Positions 32,901 to 43,300 of a DNA stretch of 51,538 nt are shown here, piece by piece (the stretch's first letter is position 1; every line of letters begins with the position of its first letter). Source of the stretch: Candidatus Komeilibacteria bacterium S5_K13. GTDB taxonomy: Bacteria; Patescibacteriota; Patescibacteriia; UBA1558; S5-K13. The stretch is from the NCBI GenBank assembly GCA_019248485.1, contig JAEHGL010000003.1:1-51538 (forward strand), in the 5' to 3' direction. The translations under genes were made by a program, and so were the position numbers. A model generated the notes under the pieces. That model was not told the DNA's origin and made no database searches. It worked only from the letters and a program-made list of their open reading frames with translations.

Positions 32901-35900
32901 AATTAAAATTCAATGCTCCTCCGCTATACAATGTCTTAACCTGATCTTGGGTAAGTGCATAATTAAATATTTTTACATCGTCAATTTGACCGTCATAACG
33001 AGATTGTCCTATTTGTAATGCCGTATCAGTATTAAACAGGAGACCCATTGCAGTTGTTCTTTCTACATCTAACACTCCATCTACATAAAGTTTTACATTT
33101 TGTCCACTACGCACAAAACTTACATGATGAAAATTATTATCATTGACTGTTTTAGTTCCTTCTGCATATTCTACTGATGATCCGTTTGAAGAAATAAGAA
33201 GACTTATATAGTTTTGATTTGCTCTTACTATATAAGCCCAAACTCTTTTGTTGCTAGCAGAATCCCACCTATCAATAAAATATCTATTTGAAGCTGAAAC
33301 ACCCGAAAACTTTACCCACACACTTACTGTAAAATTATCTTGCATACGCAAACTTGTATCATTTCCACAATTAACAAAATCATCTGTTCCGTCAAAGTTT
33401 AAACCTGAATTATATTTTCCTACACTTCCATTGTACCATGCGTGATTTGTGACACGATTTTTGCAAATTCCAAGTGCTGTTTGAGAACCGCCAGCGCCGA
33501 TTGTGATTGTTCCGTTATTTAAATTTTCTGATTCATCGTGAACAGTCGCGCCAGAACACTCATCAAATTTATAATGAGCAATCGGCGCCCCATTATTATA
33601 ATCCCAAGCAACTTGAGATTGTGTACGTGCATAATTATAAACTTTTACATCATCAATTAAACCTTTAAAATACCCCCAACCATATCCCAATTTCGCGGTA
33701 ATTGGAGAATTTAAATGACTAGTCCACCAAGTTCCTGAGTTTGTCCCAGACAATGTCTTTAGTTGTCCATTTATATATAGCTTTACGGAACTTCCATCCT
33801 GAACCCAAGAAAAATAAAGCCATTTGTTTGTAAAATCTCCTAAATTATCTAAATCATAATAAGCATAAACTTTTACAACATTCTCATCTTCTATTACCAA
33901 ATCGATCATGTTATTAGAGGCGATATAATTTCTTATATAATCTGTGGTTTCAGTTTCATAAATATAAAAAACCGTATGACTTATATCCTTGGTTGGGAGA
34001 TACAGCCAATACGATATGGTTCCATTTGAAGAGACCAAGCCACTAGAACTGGTCTTCGTGGTAGAATCATTTATCCCATCAAAACTCATTGCATTTCCAA
34101 TTTTTCCCCTTGCAAAAGTAGCGCCACTTATTGTTGCATCATTTCCATTTCCACTTGTATCATATGCGACTGTGCCTGACTTTTTTTCAAATTTATATTC
34201 TAGAGATGGTGACACACAATAACTCATATCTCCTGGCACGCAATACTCTGCGCTTGCACTTGTAGTTGTTCCAGTAGAACCCATCACTATCGCCATTCCG
34301 TTATTATAATCTACTTTTACCTGGTCTTGTGATAGGGCGTAATTATAAATTTTTACTTCATCAATTGAACCAGTGAAAAATGTTGTTGCCAAATCTCCCC
34401 TGGCTCCTATTTTGACACTACCCACGCCTCCATAATTACTTACAGTAGATGATATGCCAATATATTTACTATCAACATAAGCACTGTAATTTGCCTCTGA
34501 TTGATCCCACACCAACATCAAATGATGCCATAAGCCATCATTTATAGTCGAATACGTTCCTAATTGAACACCTCTAAACCAAAAAATAGATCCTCCGCTG
34601 TGAAAAGGAAAAAACCAATCTGACGCATATGGAGAGATGGCGTGTGATTGCGCAACAACATAACTAGTTGATACTCCATTTGGAATTTTTATCCATGCTG
34701 ATGCAGAAAAATCACCTGCAGATAAATTATCAGAAAAATCAGTATCAACATAATTATTACTACCGCTAAAAACAAGAGCTTTCCCAAATTTCCCATCATT
34801 TGTCCATGTTGCCTTTATACTTCCATTATTTGTAGTTGATACATAATTATATGCCGTTTCACCATATCCTTCATTAAAATTATAATACAAAATTGGTGGA
34901 GTAAGTATTTCCCCAGAGCCAACTCCTAATGCAGAGCCTATTCCTGTTGCTGAAGATACACCTGATTTACCAGCTACATAATCTGCCTTTACCTGAGATG
35001 CTGTGCGAGGATAAGAATAAATTTTTAGCTCATCAAGTAGTCCAGACATAAAATTACCCTGTCTATAGCGTCTTCCTAAATACATTTCTGAACTTGCACC
35101 CATATCTCTTACATCACCATCGTATTTAGTTAAAAGCTTCCCGTCTAAATAAACTTTTAAAGCATCTCGTTGTTCTCCGCTCGGAATCTTTACCAGCGTG
35201 ATATTATACCATCTACCTGAATCAACTTTTTGATGATACCGCCTAACCATTTCTTCTCTATCGCCATAAGAAATATCAATGCTATCACGTCTTATTTTGA
35301 TAAAACTACCTCTGCCATCCATATCAAGTAAGGCACTTCCATCTTCAGCAATCTCTTGTAAATTGAACCACAAAGAAATCGTATGAGTATAATCATTAGA
35401 AATAGAGCTTGGAATAATAACCTCAGCTCGCTCATCACCGCTAAAACGCAAAGCGCTCCTAACAATTCCTTTACCACTATATCCCACGGGTCCATTAATT
35501 TTCCCTGTAAATCCATGCCCACTTGAATCATAAACTTTCTCACTACTGCCTTCATCAAATTTATAATATGCTGTTGGCCCAAGAGACTCTTCTTCGCTAC
35601 TAAAACTTCCTATAGAAACATTAGAAAAAATCAAATCGTTTTCTCTTATATAAATATTTTCTATCTTTGAAACCATATTTAAATCATTACAAGACAATCC
35701 TATAGCTGGCCCGCTTAATGATGTTCTATTTACTCTTCTACTTATTAATTCAAAAGATCTTTCACTCGTTCCATTATATATAGCGAAATTTTCTGGTTCT
35801 TTATCACATCTTGTAAGTGGAGGAATTACAAAAGGAGATGTTGCACAAGACAAAACACAGCCCTGAACAACATCGGTGCCAACACTAAAAGACTGCAAAT

Positions 35901-36759
35901 TACTGTTTGTTCTCTGTTCTCCATAATTTCCAGTTCCATCCATTGACCAACAATAAGACAAACCACTATTTAAACTATGCTTTGCCCTTACACTATCCCA
36001 TTGAATAGAGCTTGTAACCTGAACGGTTGCTCCTGAATCATTGCTATCACATCCAATATCTTGATGGGTAAATGTATAAGACGCCCCACCGCTTGAATCT
36101 GTTGAACTAGCAATGCTCACATATTTGGTCACAACTGAAGCAACCATTGACGGCTCAACAAGCATCCAACCACCATCATTATTTGTCATATCACAATAAA
36201 CTTGTTGCTTATCTGAGAAGTCACCATTTGTAAAATCTACCCAATAATTTCCAGAACCACTTGAATTTCCATTTAATAAAATGGACCTGCAACTTAGCGC
36301 TGGAAAATCAGCTGTTCCTATTGTTGATTTTCCTGGCTGTGCCATAGGATTTCCATAATACATATATATGCCCGTTCCTGAAATTGGAATATTAGGCATC
36401 CTTACCCAAACTTCTATTTTTTCTGGCGCATCATCCTCTATCCAATATGAAAGCAAATTGCCCCTTAAATCTGTAAATCTCAAATCCCGTAAATCACTTT
36501 GAATTTTCCCAGATGAAATATCTTCTGATAAATCTAATTCTAAAGCCTTTACCTGAAAGTTGCTAAGAGCAGATCCGCCTGAGTTTTGAATTTCAATTGA
36601 TTTACGATAAAGCCACGTTTCGTCCCACCAAGAAGCTTCTGCACTTTTGTTTATGCGAAATAAATAAATCAGACCTATAACAATCATAATGCCTATGACT
36701 ATGGCTGAGATGTAGTATTTGTAATTTGTTTGTTTCATAGTTTCATAGTGCCCCCTCAT
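32899..36759 (-). CDS. Large surface protein: N-terminal TM/signal, DUF2341, fibrinogen-like domain, four LamG/concanavalin-A-like domains (start probably MKQT at 36738)
   Basis: WW...W.YR..I.I...D.RF....G..L.YW.E...YMYYGN (DUF2341); SCRSIL..G....G.YW...VYCDM...GGWMLV (fibrinogen-like); four Y.F.E..G..(A/V).D...F.G.IDE(V/L)KIY.Y...Q(V/I) repeats. Confidence 0.85.
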   Translation of the reverse strand: MRGHYETMKQTNYKYYISAIVIGIMIVIGLIYLFRINKSAEASWWDETWLYRKSIEIQNSGGSALSNFQVKALELDLSEDISSGKIQSDLRDLRFTDLRGNLLSYWIEDDAPEKIEVWVRMPNIPISGTGIYMYYGNPMAQPGKSTIGTADFPALSCRSILLNGNSSGSGNYWVDFTNGDFSDKQQVYCDMTNNDGGWMLVEPSMVASVVTKYVSIASSTDSSGGASYTFTHQDIGCDSNDSGATVQVTSSIQWDSVRAKHSLNSGLSYCWSMDGTGNYGEQRTNSNLQSFSVGTDVVQGCVLSCATSPFVIPPLTRCDKEPENFAIYNGTSERSFELISRRVNRTSLSGPAIGLSCNDLNMVSKIENIYIRENDLIFSNVSIGSFSSEEESLGPTAYYKFDEGSSEKVYDSSGHGFTGKINGPVGYSGKGIVRSALRFSGDERAEVIIPSSISNDYTHTISLWFNLQEIAEDGSALLDMDGRGSFIKIRRDSIDISYGDREEMVRRYHQKVDSGRWYNITLVKIPSGEQRDALKVYLDGKLLTKYDGDVRDMGASSEMYLGRRYRQGNFMSGLLDELKIYSYPRTASQVKADYVAGKSGVSSATGIGSALGVGSGEILTPPILYYNFNEGYGETAYNYVSTTNNGSIKATWTNDGKFGKALVFSGSNNYVDTDFSDNLSAGDFSASAWIKIPNGVSTSYVVAQSHAISPYASDWFFPFHSGGSIFWFRGVQLGTYSTINDGLWHHLMLVWDQSEANYSAYVDSKYIGISSTVSNYGGVGSVKIGARGDLATTFFTGSIDEVKIYNYALSQDQVKVDYNNGMAIVMGSTGTTTSASAEYCVPGDMSYCVSPSLEYKFEKKSGTVAYDTSGNGNDATISGATFARGKIGNAMSFDGINDSTTKTSSSGLVSSNGTISYWLYLPTKDISHTVFYIYETETTDYIRNYIASNNMIDLVIEDENVVKVYAYYDLDNLGDFTNKWLYFSWVQDGSSVKLYINGQLKTLSGTNSGTWWTSHLNSPITAKLGYGWGYFKGLIDDVKVYNYARTQSQVAWDYNNGAPIAHYKFDECSGATVHDESENLNNGTITIGAGGSQTALGICKNRVTNHAWYNGSVGKYNSGLNFDGTDDFVNCGNDTSLRMQDNFTVSVWVKFSGVSASNRYFIDRWDSASNKRVWAYIVRANQNYISLLISSNGSSVEYAEGTKTVNDNNFHHVSFVRSGQNVKLYVDGVLDVERTTAMGLLFNTDTALQIGQSRYDGQIDDVKIFNYALTQDQVKTLYSGGALNFN

Positions 36760-36768
36760 CCCCTATCT

Positions 36769-36804
36769 CCCCTCACCCTACCCTCTCCCAAATCAGGGAG
36801 AGGG
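36769..36804 (+). repeat. C-rich REP-like palindrome, copy B
   Basis: cccctcaccctaccctctccc-aaatca-gggagaggg (9-bp stem); preceded by a partial arm at 36751-36770. Confidence 0.88.
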
Positions 36805-36828
36805 AATAAGGAATAATTATTTATATTG

Positions 36829-36865
36829 CCTCATCCCCAACCCTTCTCCCAAAACGGGATAAGGG
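36829..36865 (+). repeat. C-rich REP-like palindrome, copy C
   Basis: cctcatccccaa-cccttctccc-aaaac-gggataaggg. Confidence 0.82.
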
Positions 36866-36873
36866 AGAATGCT

Positions 36874-37227
36874 CTATTTTTTTATTAATTTTTTTATTTT
36901 GATTTCTATTTTTTTCAAAACCGACTTTAAATCATATTCAATATCTTCACTATTAATTCTTATAAATTTAATTCCTAAATCCTCTATATTTTTTTGCCTT
37001 TCTGCATCTTCTTTTATTTGCCTCAAATGAACTGGACCATCTATTTCAATTGCTAAATTTAGTTCGCTACAATAAAAATCTATTATATAACCACTAATCA
37101 AATGTTGTCTTCTAAATTTCAAATTTAAAAATTGCTTAGCTCTTAAACCTTCCCATATCATAGCCTCTGATATTGTTGGCTTTTTTCTAAATTCTCGAGC
37201 TATATATATTTTTTCTTGCTTTGTCAT
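36874..37227 (-). CDS. DUF559 / Vsr-like (PD-(D/E)xK) endonuclease
   Basis: AREFRKKPT.SEA.IW..LR..QF...KFRRQH.I..YIIDFYC...LAIEIDG.VH...D.ER...G..FIRI. Confidence 0.92.
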   Translation of the reverse strand: MTKQEKIYIAREFRKKPTISEAMIWEGLRAKQFLNLKFRRQHLISGYIIDFYCSELNLAIEIDGPVHLRQIKEDAERQKNIEDLGIKFIRINSEDIEYDLKSVLKKIEIKIKKLIKK

Positions 37228-37239
37228 AATCGCAGTTCT

Positions 37240-37272
37240 CCCCTCACCCCACCCTCTCCCAAATCAGGGAGA
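37240..37272 (+). repeat. C-rich REP-like palindrome, copy D
   Basis: cccctcaccccaccctctcccaaatcagggaga; 32/33 nt identical to copy B. Confidence 0.88.
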
Positions 37273-37297
37273 AGAGCGTTTTATTATTACTGGACAT

Positions 37298-37340
37298 CCT
37301 CCCCTCTCCATTTACTGATGGAGAGGGGTTGGGGGTGAGG
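37298..37340 (-). repeat. C-rich REP-like palindrome, copy E (inverted orientation)
   Basis: Reverse complement cctcacccccaacccctctccatcagtaaatggagaggggagg; 11-bp stem; 19/21 match to the copy C arm. Confidence 0.85.
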
Positions 37341-37344
37341 AAAA

Positions 37345-40300
37345 TTAGTTATTATTTTTATTACTATTTCCGCTTGCTAAATCTCTTCTATAAACATATT
37401 CTACTGTAATCGTAAGCTGTGATGGGTCTTCACTTTCTTCTCCTCCGCTCGACACCTGAGTTACTGTCACATGCATTCCGTCTTCACTTGTTAGATTTAT
37501 ATTTAAATTATCTGACTCTATATTTGCATAACCATTTGAACAGTTTCCACCTGATATTGTTGCAAGCTCGCTATTGTTTTTGTCCTCTAATCGAAGCGAT
37601 ATGCTTCCCCCATCACCACATTTATACTGTGCTTTGAGTTTCAAAATCTTGATATCCTCTGCAGGTCTCCACGAGTTTTCACCATTTCCCCAAACGCGAG
37701 TATCAACACGTGGCACGTCAACATAAGCAGTTATAGTATCTCTTACTGCTGAGTCAGGCAATATATATGCGACTCCTTCTACATTTAAATCTACTGTATC
37801 TCCAGTTTTTCCAACCTGCAACTTGTTTCCATTTGCTGAGATTACACCGTCTGAGCTAAACATAAGTTCTGCAATACCAGATGGCGTTCCACTTGCATTG
37901 AGCGATGGTGAGATTACAACTCTTCCAAAAAAGTTCGCAGAGACGTTATCATCAGTCGCGACGACTGTCAAAGTGGTTGATGAAATATTTTGTGACATTG
38001 AAAAACTATCAAGAGCAACGTTTTGTGGGCTCATCAAAATATTTCCATTTCCGTTTACTGACATAATTCTCTGACCACCATTTTGAAGTACCCATAGGTC
38101 ATCATACTGGGCAACATTTCTATTGAAATCATTTAGGACAAGTGCATTTGACCCTACAACTTTTCCATAATTATCATGACTTGTTGTAAGTTTGGTGCCA
38201 TTTCCTAAATCAAAGCTTAAATTATTTCCTGAGTATAAATTATATGAAGATGTGATAAGTGAAACTGCATTTGTTGTATCAACATATTCTGATGAATTTA
38301 AAATATCTCCAGTAAGTGCTGTAGTTTTAATATCAGAATAATTTGAAGACAAACGAGAAGCAGAAATATCAATATGACTTAGCATTCTTGCAGAAGATGT
38401 TGCACTCCAATTTTCATCATACAAACTCCAATTTATAGCAATGTCAACATTTTTTGTTTCTATTGAGTTAAATTTCAAATCAACAAGTGACGCACTTGAT
38501 GTTGACCCAGTTGCTAAATTTTCATTATCAAATCCTGAAACAATCTTTATAGCTGATGAGCTTGCAGTAGCCATTGCAAAATCTGATTTATTATAATCTA
38601 TTAATACATTTGTTAGGTCAAAACTAAATTTATCAGAGTCAGTGCTTGACGCAGTAATTGTAATTACTTCTTGACCAATTTCATCGCCATAATTTGCAAT
38701 TGTCATATTTGAAACAGATGATTTGCTAGATGCTATTAATGCTGAATGATTAATCTGAGTAATTCTTGTATTTTCACGACCCGATCCAACGATATCAACA
38801 TAAGGTTTGAGAATAACTTGTTCATTATATATCCCTGGCTTTACAGTAATAAGCCAACGATTGTTTGCGCTGTTTAATTTTATCTTTGATAATGCCTCGC
38901 TAATACTTGTATAATCTCCGCCCTGTTTTGCAACTACAACTTCATTTTGTCTATCATTTGAAATAGCAAGTATTGAAGATTCATTTGTCTTTGCAACTGA
39001 TAATAAAACTTTGTTCTCATCACTTCTAATACTTGTTACAAGAATCTCACCATTTGAATCTATGTAAATATAATTTTCAACATTTGGTAAAAGCATAACT
39101 TGTCTAGCTGGTTTTGTTGAAACATAAACTCCATTTATATAAGCTTCGCCAGATGACAATGTTGCTACAAGTGAATTTTGAGTACTTGTTGATTCCAACA
39201 TAAATCCATCAATTACATAATGAGCAAGTTTGTTTCCATTTCCTGTGAAATCAATAAATGTTCCAAGATTTTCAAAGGTTTCAAATTTATCATTGGTGCT
39301 TAATAATTTTCCATTTTCACCAATATTTATATCAACTAATAATCCTTTGAAAATATTACCACTTGATGTAATGATTCCGTTTAGAGTTGCAATAGCTTGA
39401 CCCGAGACATTTTGGATATTATTGTTCATCACAATCATATCGTTGTCGGATGCAAAATTTACAATACCTTGATTCATTGAACCAATAAATTCATTTTCTG
39501 AAATTACAGGATTAATATTACTTGCTGTTGTATTTTCAATATTTATTCCCGTAGCACCACTCACCTCAGATATTATTCTATTGTTGTTTATCACTGGACT
39601 TGATCCTAAAATAGATACGACTGAGACATTGCTTACTGAGCCAGTTGACTTTAGAGAACAATTTTCAATTCTTGAATTGTTTGCACCTATTACTGCTGGT
39701 GCACTACTGCCAATAATTATTGTATTAGAACTATTTTCACAAACTACATCAACATAAGGCTTTAGAGTAATTGTTTCACTATATTCACCAGCTTTTATAT
39801 TTATTACATATCTCTTTGATTCACTACTGTCTGTAATTGATGACATAGCGCTTAAAATATTTTCAAAGTCTCCGCCTGATTTTGCGACTTCTATTGTTAT
39901 GCCATGATTATTGAAATATCCAATTTGAACACTAATTGCAATTTGATCATGACCACCTTCCATATCTTCCATTGCGATACCAATAACTCCTGCACCCAGC
40001 TTACTTGCTTTTTGTGCTTTTCCAATTTCATTTGAAGTAGTCAAATAATCACCCTTCTTGATAAGTCCATTTGAAGCTGTGACATTTACAAGACTTGCTC
40101 CCATTGTAACTATTGGCTTACCAGTCTCACTATTTCCAGAAATAAATGCAGGCTTCTCTGCTATTATTCCCAAAATATTTGAACTATTTGCGCGGTCAGA
40201 AAGTTTTACACTATTGCTATCACCGAGAACAACTACATCACCATACTCAAAGTTTGAGTCCGCAAGTTCCATCATCTGGGCATAACCTGAATTTGATGAT

Positions 40301-43300
40301 TTGAAAGATCCACTAGAATAAATATCGCCGATTACAAGTAAGTCACCCAAGAACTCTGCATTTCCTTTGACACTCAAAGTGCCATCTACAAACATATCTC
40401 CACCAACTCCAATATCACCCTTAACAAATAAATCGTCACCCGTCATATTGAACTCAGTCCATGACAATACTGGCACCTCTGCCCCTACTAATACATTGTC
40501 ACCAAAGTAAGATTTGCCACCAAGATTGTCAACAAAGATTGCCCAGTTGGTTGTAGATGCACTATTTAGATTTATGTATTGACCAATTTGAGTTCCAGCT
40601 TTTGAGTCACTAGCTGAGACAATATAAGATCCATAATTTACATCCACTGAATCAGATGTTTGAAGCTCTGTGTAATTTCCAAATGCTGTTTGAGCCTTTC
40701 CGTCTAGCGCTGTAGATAGTTTATTGTAAATTGAATATCCCGTTGCATTTTCTCCTGTTACGTAAATATCATTAAAATCGCCAAAGCCATAACTATCTAC
40801 ACTTTGAAGATTTACTTGATAAAGATTTCCTATTGAATCAGCGTTTCTAATAAAATCCCAAACATTTGTTTTGTAATCAGATCCTTTTAGCCTATTTATT
40901 TCATCTGCCAAAATTGCAACAGTATCACTTGTTTGATCGAGCGAATCATAAACAATATCCAACGAATTGTTTATAATACTTTCTGTAGTGCTTGCAAAAT
41001 TATAGTTTGAAATTGCACCTGAGATCATAATTGCAACCTCATCTTCCATTTCCATATTTGCAATTCTATCTGTAATTTGATTTTCAATTTGCTCCACTGT
41101 TAATGATTTGTTTCTTCTTGATATAAGCACATTTATAGATCCAGAATCAGAGCTAAGTGATTCAAGTGCAATACCAACTGTTGAATCACCTGGATTTGCT
41201 TTCATCAAATATCCAGACCGTGATGCTGATGTAAGCGAATCGCCTGGGTTTATATTTCCATTTTCATTTATAACATATGCAGGAATTTGACCAAGAAGAG
41301 CTATCATTTTATAGTTTGGATTGTTTTCATATTCTTCTTTCCCGTTTCCAAGCATTGCTGGTTTTGTTGAGACAATTCCAATAATATTTGTGTCACTTAA
41401 TCTTGTGCATCTTGCTACTGAATTGTTTCTGGTGACATCAATACAAACTGCTTCACCAGATACTAAATCAGTATTATTTGTGTAAAAATATTCTGCATAA
41501 TCAGCAGCGGGAGAGGTAAATGATCCATCTGCTGTGACATTTCCATCTGCTGTTACTTTAAAAATATTTGCTCCACCCCCTGACGTTGATGTTGAAATTG
41601 CAAACATAGCGACAGTAGGAGTTGATGTGGCATTATATATTTGCAAAAATGCACTTGGAGTAGTCGTGCCAACTCCTAACTTTCCATTTACTGTAATTGT
41701 TCCTGCGGTAGTTCCCGATAAATACGCAGTTGAATTAAAATATACATTATCACTATAAGTATTTAACCAATAAGCAGATGATGAGCCAAGATTATATGTG
41801 CTATCAGCATTTGTATACATATGATTACTTGTGACATTTCCACTTACTACCACTGATCCAGAAACCGTTCCACCAGATACTTGTAAATATCTATCATCAT
41901 GAGTATGAGTGGATGTAACTGCAAGTCCAATTTTTGTATCAATGTCTTCTAGTCGTAGATCAAGTGAAGCAAATATTCCATACGTAGCAGAACTCCTTGC
42001 TTGGATGACTTCTGTTTCAACAGTGTTTGACCCCTCACCCGCCCAAGTATCCCCATCAAAAGCAGTGACAGTAATTCCTTTTATAATAGGTGTAGTTCCA
42101 ACTCCTGCAGTCATCACGGCTTTTGCTTTTACTTGCTTTCCAATATTTGTAAACTCCCACAAAACATTTGGCGTGACAGGCCCCTCCCAATTGACTCCGT
42201 TATCAGCAGATAAATACCAATCTATGGCATTTCCAGTTCCGACAACACTATTATCAATTAATTTTGCACTTGTGATATCATTTGCTGAATTAATAATCAC
42301 GTTTGTTTCAAAAATACTACTCGTATCAAATATAAGTTGACTCTTATAAACATCTGCCAAACTATAAAAAGAAAAATAATAATATCCATTATAATAAAGT
42401 GGGGTCAAATTATATCCTGAACTTACACCCTCTCCCGTAACCTTAAAGTCACTTGATATAACAAAATAATCATCTACATTTAAATCATATACAAGATACC
42501 CCGAGGGAGACATACCAGCATATGATCCCAACCAAATTTGATTACCAATTTTTCTTATTGAAGTATATCTTGACGCCGTACTAATACCAAGTTCTTCATC
42601 TGTTCTATGAAACTCTTGCCAACCATTTGCTTTTGAAAGTTTTTGCCAAGAATTAGCGCCTGAAAGCCAAACAATATCTGAATCATCTGGATCTTGCCAA
42701 GAAGCATAAATCGTATTCGTATAATTGTATAATCCTTGAGGACCATTTGCATAATATCTTTTTGTAAGAGTATCTGTATCCATGTTCCAGATATAAAAAC
42801 CTGAAATATTAGAAATATACAATTCATTTCCATTGGCTATCACATCAGTATAATTAGTTTGTGGTAAACCACTAGCACTACCATAATCTGTAAATGTTCC
42901 ACTTGCTACATTAAAAACTTGCATATAATTTCCACTTGGAAATAAGTATACTTTATTATTATAATAATACATTACATTTCCGACGCCAGATCCTATAGAA
43001 TTAGATTTAAGACCGTGTGCTGTTGTATAAGTTGTTATTGTGTTTGCATCAACGTCTATTTTTACAAGTCCCGGCGCACCAGAATACATACCTACATAAA
43101 TATCATTTCTATCGTAATCATACGCTATGCTTGAAAAATTATTTATAGTAAGAGCTGGGACAGAGGTGGTATTCCATTGATTGGCAATGGACTCTGTATC
43201 AAGATCAAGCACTTTTACTCCATATCCATAAGTTGCCATATATAATTTATTTCCATAAATAATATTTCCCGACAAAGCTCTCATGCTATCACCATATCCA

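Noticed and set aside
32669-33018. Two plus-strand ORFs (77 and 81 aa; WLGWLG and VVRVVR repeats)
   Set aside because: They are translation artefacts of the 9-bp tandem repeat, which has no stop in these frames.
31322-37340. CRISPR array
   Set aside because: The repeats are either contiguous microsatellite-like units or dispersed palindromes, with no regular repeat-spacer periodicity and no cas genes.
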